From Patescibacteria group bacterium (lineage in GTDB: Bacteria > Patescibacteriota > Saccharimonadia > Saccharimonadales > JAZKJC01), in the NCBI GenBank assembly GCA_040384565.1, contig JAZKJC010000005.1, forward strand, positions 12,796 to 76,795: DNA of 64,000 nt. The letters run 5' to 3'. Position 1 is the stretch's first letter; every line of letters starts with the position of its first letter. This document shows, one piece after another, positions 18,129 to 26,658 of the stretch. Made by a program: the position numbers and the translations under genes. The notes under the pieces were generated by a model. It did not search any database, was not told the origin of the DNA, and saw only the letters and a list, made by a program, of their open reading frames with translations.

Positions 18129-18188
18129 CTAAGTAGCTTTAGGTTTTTTTGGTTTTCTGACCTCTTTACGGCCTTTATCCTTAGACAT
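18129..18188 (-). CDS. tiny Lys-rich ORF (19 aa), doubtful
   Basis: MSKDKGRKEVRKPKKPKAT, preceded by AAGGGGGG 5 nt upstream of the ATG. Its 3' part overlaps a plus-strand terminator hairpin. Confidence 0.2.
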   Translation of the reverse strand: MSKDKGRKEVRKPKKPKAT

Positions 18189-18385
18189 AATTTCCCCCCT
18201 TACGTAACATGGAGTATGCACGCTGGCGATGATATTTTCAATAACTTTCCGTAAATGGTTGAAAATCTGCAGGCAATGTGCTATTATAAGGGTAATTGTT
18301 TTAGATGAATCCGGGTCTGTTAGTTATTTACTCGATTTCATTTCAGGCAAAACGAGTAAATATAACAAGACAGGATTCTTTTTTT

Positions 18386-19591
18386 ATGCAAAGTTCTACA
18401 TATTCATTTCGCGGCAGCCGCCGCCCAGGTGTAGCTAATAATAATCGCCGCCGTAACAGTGCTCCAAGATCAGGAAATAGGCATGGCCAATATATTGACC
18501 CGGCGCGTTTTGTGCAGGTTGCCAAAGCTACTGAAATTGAGGCCTACATAGCCATCCATCAGTTTGACGACTTTTTGATTGAGCCAATACTGAAAGCTAA
18601 TTTATCTGCTAAAGGCTACGTGACGCCATCACCCATTCAGGATCAGACAATTCCGGCCGGCTTGGAAGGCAGGGATATCATTGGTGTTGCTAATACCGGT
18701 ACCGGCAAGACAGCGGCATTTGGTGTCCCAATCCTCAACAAATTGATTCTTGATAAATCCTCCAGAGTGCTTGTAATTGCCCCTACCCGCGAGCTGGCAG
18801 AACAAATCCAAGACGAATTCCGTTCACTGGGTAAGGGTAGCGGACTGTTCGGCGCGTTACTAATAGGTGGTTCAAGCATGGGTTTGCAACTGCGCGATCT
18901 GCGCGACAGACCGCGTATTGTTATAGGTACACCGGGACGCATTAAGGATCACCTTGAACGCGGTAGCTTACAACTGAACAGTTTTAATACGATAGTTTTG
19001 GACGAGGTTGACCGTATGCTGGACATGGGTTTCATCAATGATGTGCGCCATATTCTGAACCAACTTAATCCTCAGCGTCAATCCTTTTTCTTTTCCGCGA
19101 CGCTTGATAGCAAGGTTAACAGCCTGATTCAATCATTTTCTAACGATCCTGTTACGATATCCTTGAAAGCAGGGGCTAGTAGTGATAACGTTCATCAGGA
19201 TGTAATTAAATACAACTCGCCACATGACAAAATGGATAAACTACACGATATTTTACTACGTGGTGATGTTGCAAAAATTATTGTTTTTGACGAAACTCAG
19301 CGTAAAGTAGAAAAACTTAGCCAAGAACTTTCAAGCCGAGGATTCTCCGCAGACGCCATACATGGTGGCAAATCACAGGGTCAACGCCAAAGAGCCCTAA
19401 AACGCTTTAAGGTAAACGAGGTCAATATTTTAGTTGCGACTGATGTAGCAGCCCGCGGCATAGACGTCGTAGACATTACGCATGTTATAAACTTCTCATT
19501 GCCTAATTCCTACGACGATTATGTTCACCGTATAGGTCGAACAGGTCGAGCCGGAAAAATAGGCCACGCCCTGACCTTTGTAAATGGTTAA
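18386..19591 (+). CDS. DEAD-box RNA helicase
   Basis: Motifs are ANTGTGKTAAF, PTRELA, DEVD, SAT and HRIGRTGRAG. There is an Arg-rich N-terminal tail, and ATG 18386 is preferred within listed ORF 18305..19591. Confidence 0.85.
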   Translation: MQSSTYSFRGSRRPGVANNNRRRNSAPRSGNRHGQYIDPARFVQVAKATEIEAYIAIHQFDDFLIEPILKANLSAKGYVTPSPIQDQTIPAGLEGRDIIGVANTGTGKTAAFGVPILNKLILDKSSRVLVIAPTRELAEQIQDEFRSLGKGSGLFGALLIGGSSMGLQLRDLRDRPRIVIGTPGRIKDHLERGSLQLNSFNTIVLDEVDRMLDMGFINDVRHILNQLNPQRQSFFFSATLDSKVNSLIQSFSNDPVTISLKAGASSDNVHQDVIKYNSPHDKMDKLHDILLRGDVAKIIVFDETQRKVEKLSQELSSRGFSADAIHGGKSQGQRQRALKRFKVNEVNILVATDVAARGIDVVDITHVINFSLPNSYDDYVHRIGRTGRAGKIGHALTFVNG

Positions 19592-19670
19592 AAACTTCAC
19601 CACCGGCATATTTTGCCAGCCCTAATTTGTGGCTTGACTTGCCTGGCGTGACTACTCTAGGCTGTGGGTA

Positions 19671-20930
19671 ATGATGTTAGACATACCCAAGGAATTTGCT
19701 CGCAAATTTTGGCCAGGCAATGTAAAGCTTTCCGGCGCAGATGTGGCGCCGGCGCGTGATTACATTAATGCCTATTGGCACAAGTTGCAGCGCTCACATC
19801 CCAAAGACGACGAAAGTCTGGTGGGCCTGCCCCATCCTTATTTGGTGCCGGCTCATGAGGAAGGGCATGATTTTGATTTTAACGAGCTCTATTACTGGGA
19901 CAGCTATTTTATGGTCCAAGGCATGCTGGATGATCAGCACAAAGAACTAGTGATTGGGATTTTAAATAATTTGACATCACTGTTTAAGCGCTTTAAGGTA
20001 ATCCCAAATGCTTCACGAACCTATTTAACGGGGCGGTCGCAGCCGCCATTTTTAACCACATTTATTTGGGACATTTATAAAAGCTACGATCTGGATGAAA
20101 AATGGTTGACAACACACATGAAGATTGCCGAACAGGAATACGAAAGCGTCTGGATGGGCAAGACAAAGCCTAATGCAAGACAGGTTTTTCGGGGCTTGTC
20201 CCGTTACTACGATATTAACTTGCTTAATGATTTGGCAGAGGCAGAAAGCGGCTGGGATATGACACCACGATTTGGCCGCAAGGCTTTAAGTTTTGTGCCG
20301 GTTGATTTAAATGCATTGCTTTACAAGTACGAGGAAGACTTAGCAAAATATTACCGTTTGATTGACGATGTTCGCAGTGCTGCAAAGTGGGAAGTAGCTG
20401 CGGCGCACCGTAAAAAAACCATGAATGAACTGATGTGGAGCAACATACGTGGACTTTACTATGATTACAATTACGATAAGCAGCGCAGAGGTACAGTTAG
20501 TTCCTTGGCTGGCTTTTATCCGCTTTGGGCAGGCATGGCTACCAAAAAGCAAGCCGAGCAAATGGTCAAAGCCTTGCGGCGGTTTGAAAACCGTGGCGGT
20601 TTGGCTACAACCGATGTCCAACAACTTAGCCAATTTGTACCAGGCGCCATTCCAACTCAATGGGCATATCCCAACGGTTGGGCGCCTTTGCATCTTCTAA
20701 TTGTCCAAGGTCTGGAGCGCTATGGCTATCATGATGACGCCCGTCGAATCGCCATGAAATGGCTCAAAACCAACCTAAGTTGGTTTAACGAACATGGTGT
20801 ATTCCTAGAAAAGTATAATGTTGTTTCGCCAGACAAACCACCAGCCAAAGGCTTGTATCCTTCTCAAACCGGTTTTGGCTGGACAAACGCTGTTTTTGAA
20901 AGATTTTGTAAAGAGTATATAGACAAATGA
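19671..20930 (+). CDS. alpha,alpha-trehalase (GH37-like)
   Basis: LYYWDSYF and QWAYPNGWAPLH resemble the two trehalase signature regions. Confidence 0.8.
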   Translation: MMLDIPKEFARKFWPGNVKLSGADVAPARDYINAYWHKLQRSHPKDDESLVGLPHPYLVPAHEEGHDFDFNELYYWDSYFMVQGMLDDQHKELVIGILNNLTSLFKRFKVIPNASRTYLTGRSQPPFLTTFIWDIYKSYDLDEKWLTTHMKIAEQEYESVWMGKTKPNARQVFRGLSRYYDINLLNDLAEAESGWDMTPRFGRKALSFVPVDLNALLYKYEEDLAKYYRLIDDVRSAAKWEVAAAHRKKTMNELMWSNIRGLYYDYNYDKQRRGTVSSLAGFYPLWAGMATKKQAEQMVKALRRFENRGGLATTDVQQLSQFVPGAIPTQWAYPNGWAPLHLLIVQGLERYGYHDDARRIAMKWLKTNLSWFNEHGVFLEKYNVVSPDKPPAKGLYPSQTGFGWTNAVFERFCKEYIDK

Positions 20931-20994
20931 GACACCTAGAAAGTTACTTGTCTTACCCAATGAAACTGGCTTTAAGGTATTAAGGTTAGTCTAG

Positions 20995-21156
20995 ATGGAA
21001 GATTCAGAAACTATTCTGCCTTGCGCAGATAAGCTGAGCTTTGATACCAAAACTGAAGCCGAAAGGTCAGCTATTGTTGCGGAGTGGCAGCATGGCAGTA
21101 AGCTCAAAGTCTATAAATGTCGCCACTGTCAGCTTTGGCATCTAGCCACAAACTAA
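20995..21156 (+). CDS. small putative zinc-ribbon protein (53 aa)
   Basis: MEDSETILPCADKLSFDTKTEAERSAIVAEWQHGSKLKVYKCRHCQLWHLATN. An N-terminal Cys plus a C-terminal CxxC are present. It is below the ORF-track cutoff. Confidence 0.35.
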   Translation: MEDSETILPCADKLSFDTKTEAERSAIVAEWQHGSKLKVYKCRHCQLWHLATN

Positions 21157-21167
21157 CCCATCTAATC

Positions 21168-21176
21168 TGTTACAAT
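21168..21176 (+). promoter_or_regulatory. extended -10 box TGtTACAAT, 11 nt before the metG ATG
   Basis: tgttacaat is followed by agataagagtt and then ATG 21188. Confidence 0.4.
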
Positions 21177-21187
21177 AGATAAGAGTT

Positions 21188-22636
21188 ATGAATTATTTTG
21201 TTACCACCTCTATTCCCTATGTCAATGGCGAACCGCATATTGGTCACGCGCTGGAATTTATCATGGCTGACGTTTTGGCTAGAGCGGCTAGAGCAAAAAA
21301 GGGAACTGTACTTTTTGCTACGGGGACAGATGAGCATGGTGGCAAAATGGCCGAGAAAGCCAAAGAATTAGGGATTATGCCTAAAGAGTTTACCGACCAA
21401 ATGAGTCAGAAATTCCGGGATTTAGCAAAAGCACTTAACATTAGTAACGACCGCTTTATCCGAACTACTGATCCCGGACATGAGCAACGCGCTCAATTAA
21501 TTTGGAAAGCGCTTGAAAAAGACATTTATAAAGGCAAATATACCGGCTGGTACTGCACGGGTGACGAGGCTTTCTTCACGGAAGCAATTGTAAAAGCCAA
21601 TAACGGCATTTGTCCCAACCATAATCGCAAATACGAAAAAATAGAAGAAGATAACTATTTTTTCAAACTTAGCGCGTATGCGCCCAAAATTCAGCAAGCT
21701 ATAGAAAACGGTGCTTTCAGAATTATTCCGGCCACTCGCAAACACGAAATTTTGAATCTTTTTAAGCAAGGGCTAGAGGACATTAGTATTTCGCGTCCCA
21801 AGGACAGTATTTCCTGGGGTATTCCAGTACCGGGAGATGACGCTCAGGTGATGTATGTCTGGTTTGAGGCGCTAATGAACTATATTACAGTGCTGGGATA
21901 TCCTGAACATGAGGATTTTAAGAAGTTCTGGCCAGCCAGCGTCCAGGTTATCGGCAAGGACATATTGCGTTTTCATGCGGCTATTTGGCCGGGAATTCTA
22001 CTGGGCCTGGGCCTGCCTTTGGCCAAAACGCTCTACGTTCACGGATTTATCAATGCTGAGGGCGGTGTAAAAATGAGCAAAAGCCTGGGCAATTCTGTGG
22101 CACCCTCAGAGATTATTGATAAGTATGGCACCGACGCTTTCCGTTATTTTTTACTGAGACATATTCCATCGTATGATGACGGTGATTTTAGCTGGGACAG
22201 GCTATTGACGGTCTATAACACTGAGCTTGCCAATGAACTAGGAAACGCAGTTCAAAGAACCGTTGCCATGATAGTGCAATATCAAAACGGAATTATCGGT
22301 TTAACCCCGCAGGCCGAGCATGATCAGGCCCAGTACTGGGAAGCGCTAGAAAACTGCCGGTTTGATCGCGCGCTGGAAGAAGTCTGGGATCAGGTTCATG
22401 GGCTGAATCAATATATTGATGAGCAAAAACCATGGGCCATCAATAAAACAGGTGACAAAGAACATTTACGAGAAGTTTTAGCCTACCAGGTCAGCTGTTT
22501 ACTTGAAATTGCCGAAATGCTGGCGCCATTTATGCCAGAAACCTCCCAAAAAATCCGGCATGCCTTTGAGGAAGGGATAATCAGGAAGTCCGAAACGACT
22601 CTTTTCCCAAGAAAAGAAACTACCGCAAAGGCATAG
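21188..22636 (+). CDS. metG: methionyl-tRNA synthetase (short form)
   Basis: HIGH-type PHIGHALE and KMSKS motifs. 482 aa. Confidence 0.9.
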   Translation: MNYFVTTSIPYVNGEPHIGHALEFIMADVLARAARAKKGTVLFATGTDEHGGKMAEKAKELGIMPKEFTDQMSQKFRDLAKALNISNDRFIRTTDPGHEQRAQLIWKALEKDIYKGKYTGWYCTGDEAFFTEAIVKANNGICPNHNRKYEKIEEDNYFFKLSAYAPKIQQAIENGAFRIIPATRKHEILNLFKQGLEDISISRPKDSISWGIPVPGDDAQVMYVWFEALMNYITVLGYPEHEDFKKFWPASVQVIGKDILRFHAAIWPGILLGLGLPLAKTLYVHGFINAEGGVKMSKSLGNSVAPSEIIDKYGTDAFRYFLLRHIPSYDDGDFSWDRLLTVYNTELANELGNAVQRTVAMIVQYQNGIIGLTPQAEHDQAQYWEALENCRFDRALEEVWDQVHGLNQYIDEQKPWAINKTGDKEHLREVLAYQVSCLLEIAEMLAPFMPETSQKIRHAFEEGIIRKSETTLFPRKETTAKA

Positions 22637-22637
22637 A

Positions 22638-23453
22638 GTGGAATTAGTAGACACGCATTGTCATATTCATGAGGCCAGTCCGTTAAGTGGGGATAATTTT
22701 GTTCATAATAAGTGGACCGAAGCCGGTATCAGTGATCCTCAGTCCTTAGTTGACGAGGCAATTAATGAGGGTGTTAGTAGATTAATATGTGTGGGTACGA
22801 CATTTGAAGATAGTAATTTGGCGGTAAATTTTGTCCAACAACGGTCAAATTGCTGGGCGAGTGTAGGCATACACCCTCATGAAGCTAAAGATTACACTCA
22901 TGAACCTGCTAAATTAAAAGTATTTGCCAAGCTTGCCACAAAAAATAAAGTAATCGCAGTAGGTGAGTGCGGACTGGATTATTTCTATACTCATTCATCA
23001 AAAGCTGACCAGAGGAAGATCTTGGAGTTTCAGCTTGATTTAGCTCAAAAGCACAACTTGCCCCTTATTTTTCACGTGCGGGAGGCATTTGAGGACTTTT
23101 GGCCGATTCTGGACAATTTTAAGGCTGTTAGAGGGGTTATACATAGCTTTTCTGCCAAAACATTGGAGTTGAACCAAATCCTGTCCAGGGAGCTATATGT
23201 CGGCCTGAACGGCATAATGACATTTACTAAAAAAGAGGAACAGCTAATTGCCGCAAAGGCAATCCCATTAGACAGTTTACTTCTTGAAACTGATGCTCCT
23301 TTCTTGACACCAGCTCCACAGCGTGGTACAATCTGTAGACCAAAGCATGTTTTGCATGTTGCGGAGTTTTTAGCAGGCCTTCGGGGCGAAACAATGGCAG
23401 AAATAGCCAATCAGACAACCCAGAATGCCTGCAATTTATTTGGGCTAAAATAG
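22638..23453 (+). CDS. tatD: TatD-family metal-dependent DNase/hydrolase
   Basis: GTG start. DTHCHI and GECGLDY motifs, with an overall TatD pattern. Confidence 0.85.
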   Translation: MELVDTHCHIHEASPLSGDNFVHNKWTEAGISDPQSLVDEAINEGVSRLICVGTTFEDSNLAVNFVQQRSNCWASVGIHPHEAKDYTHEPAKLKVFAKLATKNKVIAVGECGLDYFYTHSSKADQRKILEFQLDLAQKHNLPLIFHVREAFEDFWPILDNFKAVRGVIHSFSAKTLELNQILSRELYVGLNGIMTFTKKEEQLIAAKAIPLDSLLLETDAPFLTPAPQRGTICRPKHVLHVAEFLAGLRGETMAEIANQTTQNACNLFGLK

Positions 23454-23462
23454 AGTAAGATT

Positions 23463-23816
23463 ATGAATTTATATAATAGATCACAATTATCCCCCTCACC
23501 CAGTCAAGAACGGGCTCGTGTTCCAGCACCAGTAAGCTCCAGAATTGTCGTACTTAACCTCGCCAAAGAATTTATAGAAAATGCTGTTGCTACTTATCCT
23601 GCGACAAGCACGGCCACGACCAGCCAGGAAACATCCCTAAGCCCTAATACGCACAATGTAGACTTCCACCATTCACCAGCCGCAATTATCCAGCCAGACA
23701 AGGATACTACAAGCAATACCGGTATTGATGTTGTGGCAGCAGCTACTATAGCTTTAGCCGAAGCCACATCATCTAACCAAACGCTTGCGGCCATGGGAGA
23801 AACTTTAAATGCTTAG
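23463..23816 (+). CDS. hypothetical protein
   Basis: 117-aa Ser/Thr/Ala-rich ORF in operon context with no recognisable motif. Confidence 0.4.
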   Translation: MNLYNRSQLSPSPSQERARVPAPVSSRIVVLNLAKEFIENAVATYPATSTATTSQETSLSPNTHNVDFHHSPAAIIQPDKDTTSNTGIDVVAAATIALAEATSSNQTLAAMGETLNA

Positions 23817-24177
23817 TAAATTACTAGGGAGTGTTGCTAAACAAAAGGCCATAAACCGTGATGCCGAGCTATATCGTAACTTAATCCGTCATGAAGCAAA
23901 AATTGGTGGCCAAGTCTTTGGTCCGGTTCCTGCAGGCGTTAGGCGTGAGTTCTTTTGCTTAGATGAACACACCTGGGTATGGCACGAGGAATGGCGGGAC
24001 GCTAAGGGTCAGCAATGTGTCCGGACAACCCGTTATGATGTCCGTCCTGACGGCATTTTGAAAGCTCAAGGCGGACAGTATCAGCGGCTTAACGCTAGAG
24101 AAGCAGGTAGACTGGGTCAGGCGGTTGAGATATACATGAGCCGTGTTAAAAACGAAATGTACGCTAACCTCGCCTAG
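23809..24177 (+). CDS. hypothetical protein
   Basis: 122-aa ORF whose start overlaps the upstream gene by 8 nt. No motif recognised. Confidence 0.5.
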   Translation: MLSKLLGSVAKQKAINRDAELYRNLIRHEAKIGGQVFGPVPAGVRREFFCLDEHTWVWHEEWRDAKGQQCVRTTRYDVRPDGILKAQGGQYQRLNAREAGRLGQAVEIYMSRVKNEMYANLA

Positions 24178-24187
24178 GGCCCAATTA

Positions 24188-24275
24188 ACTGTTTCTCGTT
24201 CACCATGATCTGTTTACCATTGAAAACAGAAAATAGATAACGTACGGTAAACGCAAAATAGTAAACTGTAAACGG
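24188..24275 (+). promoter_or_regulatory. GTAAAC-box module U1 upstream of cysteine desulfurase (shared with the mnmA upstream region)
   Basis: The blocks ttcaccatg, tttacc, gtaaacgca and agtaaa-n2-gtaaacgg occur in the same order as at 42513-42626. The GTTTAC/GTAAAC boxes are arranged as inverted heptamer arrays. Confidence 0.45.
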
Positions 24276-24280
24276 AATCT

Positions 24281-25435
24281 ATGAATAATATTTATCTTGA
24301 TTATGCGGCTGCTACACCTCTGGATGACCGTGTATTCGAGGTTATGAGCCCGTATCTTTCTGATAAGTTTTATAACCCATCGGCCACATATACTGCCGCT
24401 AAACAAGTAAAAAAAGCGTTGGAATCGGCCAGGGCATCTGTGGCCGCGATACTTGGGGTTAAATCGCCTGAAATTATTTTTACAGCCGGTGGGACTGAAG
24501 CAAATAATATAGCACTGGTAGGTGTTTTGCGAGCATATCCCGGCACCCACATAGTAACCAGTGCCTTAGAGCATGACTCTGTTCGAGCTCCGGCATTGGC
24601 ACTTGCAAGTAATGGATGGTCGCATAGTGAAATATTGCCACAAGTGGATGGCAGGCTAGATGCTAAAAAAATTGCTGAAGCCGTAACGGATAAAACTGTA
24701 CTGGTAAGCATTATGTACGCTAATAATGAGATCGGTTCTGTCCAGCCACTAAAGCAAATTGCTGCTGAACTTGAGTTAATCCGAAAGGCACGTCGTCAGG
24801 ATAAGAATAGCTTGCCACTTTACTTTCATACTGACGCGGCGCAAGCCCCAAATTACCTTGATTTGCATGTTAATCGCTTGGGTGTAGATTTGATGACCTT
24901 AAATGGCGGCAAAATCTATGGGCCTAAACAGAGTGGCATACTTTATGTGGATAGTAGCGTAAGGCTGTTGCCTATTTTATACGGCGGCGGTCAAGAGCGA
25001 GGTTTGCGCAGTGGTACTGAAAACTTGGCATCGTGTATAGGTTTCGCTAAAGCTCTGGAAATGGCTCAAGAGTTGCGATTTGGCGAATCCGCACGCCTTC
25101 AAAAACTACAATTACTTTTTATTTCTCTAATTAACAGCAAACTGCGCAATGTTACAGTAAACGGCTCACTTAAGTTCCGTTTGCCAAATAACTTGCATAT
25201 TACTTTGCCAGGCCAAGATAACGAGCGTCTATTGTTTGCCATGGATGAGCGGGGTATCCAATGTGCGGCGGGATCAGCTTGCAACGCTAGTCATGAAGAA
25301 TCATCTCATGTCCTGAAAGCGCTTGGATTAACAGATAAGCAAGCAAGGGCATCGCTGCGTTTTAGCTGCGGACGTCAGACAACCGCGAAAAATATTCAGG
25401 ATACAGTGCAAGTACTCTCTGAAATAGTTGCTTGA
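24281..25435 (+). CDS. cysteine desulfurase (class V aminotransferase, NifS/IscS-like)
   Basis: HTDAAQA, PLP-lysine context NGGKIYGPK, SGTEN, and catalytic-loop CAAGSACNAS. Confidence 0.85.
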   Translation: MNNIYLDYAAATPLDDRVFEVMSPYLSDKFYNPSATYTAAKQVKKALESARASVAAILGVKSPEIIFTAGGTEANNIALVGVLRAYPGTHIVTSALEHDSVRAPALALASNGWSHSEILPQVDGRLDAKKIAEAVTDKTVLVSIMYANNEIGSVQPLKQIAAELELIRKARRQDKNSLPLYFHTDAAQAPNYLDLHVNRLGVDLMTLNGGKIYGPKQSGILYVDSSVRLLPILYGGGQERGLRSGTENLASCIGFAKALEMAQELRFGESARLQKLQLLFISLINSKLRNVTVNGSLKFRLPNNLHITLPGQDNERLLFAMDERGIQCAAGSACNASHEESSHVLKALGLTDKQARASLRFSCGRQTTAKNIQDTVQVLSEIVA

Positions 25436-25582
25436 CATCGCTTGTCAGTTTATAATGGTAATGGTTACTGACTGCCTATGTTAAAGATAAAAATCAAGAA
25501 GCAATCTACTGGTTTGGCGCATTTCGCCCGAAAATCTGCGTTCCAATTCTCACGTGCTGGTCATGTACGCTCCGATTCGGTA

Positions 25583-25616
25583 CCCCGCCTGTCTTTCCGA
25601 CAGGACGGACAGGTCG
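25583..25616 (+). repeat. 34-nt conserved hairpin motif, copy 1
   Basis: ccccgcctgtctttccgacaggacggacaggtcg matches 26529-26562 at 33 of 34 positions. The core ccgcctgtc/gacagg-a-cgg folds as a 9-bp stem with one bulge. Confidence 0.7.
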
Positions 25617-25648
25617 ATTTTCGGACAAACTACATCCAAACCAGTAAA

Positions 25649-26482
25649 TTGCGAGAGTATATTTCATGGCAACGGCTATTTGCCTCTGCCACGCTATGCC
25701 TGCTAATTATTCTAAGTGCGGCACAGTCATTAAGCGCCCAGAATGTTACGTCTGGTTACGATTCAGATCAGCCTATTCAGCGAGGCATGATTGTACGTCT
25801 CAAAAAGGATGATGCAACCAAAGTTGAACCGGTTAACAAGGAGAACGCGGAACATATTCATGGCGTAGTAGTAAGTGCCAACGATGCCCCTTTGTCAATT
25901 GCAGTTGATGGTCAAAAAGTGTTTGTATCCAAAACCGGACGCTATGATGTGCTTGTTAGCTCTCAAAACGGTGCTATCAGCCAAGGTGATTACATCGCCG
26001 TATCAGCCTTTGCGGGAATAGGCATGAGAGCTGGCGACACTGAGCCCTACATCATAGGTCGGGCACTGGCGAACTTTAATGACAGTACGGATGTAGTCAG
26101 CACCAGCCAAGTCAAAGATAGTACTGGCGCAAACCGAGATATTAAGATTGGCCGAATATCCCTAGACATTGGAGTTGCCAAAAACCCCTTACTCAAAGGC
26201 TCCAAGGCAGACTTGCCGGAATTTTTACAAAAAGCTGCGACTACAGTTGCCGGCAAACCAGTAAATGCTGTTCGCGTTTATATAGGGATTTTGATTTTGG
26301 CAATAACCACGGTAGTAGCGGGTAGCCTTCTTTATGGAGGGGTGCGTAGCGCCCTAATTTCGATTGGGCGTAACCCGCTTAGTAGGAAATCAATTATACG
26401 AAGCATGTTCCAGGTTATTATTACTGGTTTAATTGTTTTCATTACCGGTGTTTTTGGAGTATATTTAATATTGAGATTATGA
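25649..26482 (+). CDS. secreted-domain protein with C-terminal ATP-synthase c-subunit-like TM hairpin (no carboxylate)
   Basis: Listed ORF 25478..26482. TTG 25649 gives a proper signal peptide (REYISWQRLFASATLCLLIILSAAQSLSA). The C-terminus GSLLYGGVRSALISIGRNPLSRKSIIRSMFQVIITGLIVFITGVFGVYLILRL resembles the c-subunit helix-RQP loop-helix. The gene sits directly upstream of atpF. Confidence 0.55.
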   Translation: MREYISWQRLFASATLCLLIILSAAQSLSAQNVTSGYDSDQPIQRGMIVRLKKDDATKVEPVNKENAEHIHGVVVSANDAPLSIAVDGQKVFVSKTGRYDVLVSSQNGAISQGDYIAVSAFAGIGMRAGDTEPYIIGRALANFNDSTDVVSTSQVKDSTGANRDIKIGRISLDIGVAKNPLLKGSKADLPEFLQKAATTVAGKPVNAVRVYIGILILAITTVVAGSLLYGGVRSALISIGRNPLSRKSIIRSMFQVIITGLIVFITGVFGVYLILRL

Positions 26483-26488
26483 GGACTT

Positions 26489-26626
26489 ATGTACTTGGCA
26501 CATTTTGATTCAAAAGCTGCGCTTCGCACCCCGCCTGTCTTTCTGACAGGACGGACAGGTCGCCGTACCTTAGAGTACGGCTCCCTTGTGATGCTCTCTT
26601 TTGAGCCAAACTGCGCTCAAGTACAT
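26489..26626 (+). promoter_or_regulatory. 138-nt structured leader upstream of atpF
   Basis: The closing helix atgtacttg/caagtacat is 9 bp and perfect. It encloses ttttga-n-tcaaaa, conserved hairpin copy 2, and the ccgtac/gtacgg hairpin. It ends 32 nt before the atpF ATG. Confidence 0.45.
26529..26562 (+). repeat. 34-nt conserved hairpin motif, copy 2
   Basis: ccccgcctgtctttctgacaggacggacaggtcg differs by one nucleotide from copy 1. Confidence 0.7.
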
Positions 26627-26658
26627 AGGTCCTAAAGTTAACTGGGGTGGGCGCATAA

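Noticed and set aside
25478-25648. N-terminal 57 codons of listed ORF 25478..26482
   Set aside because: This part contains the conserved 34-nt hairpin motif and a ccgaaaatc/gattttcgg stem and has no signal-peptide logic. A TTG at 25649 gives a canonical signal peptide, so the upstream part is more likely a 5' leader.
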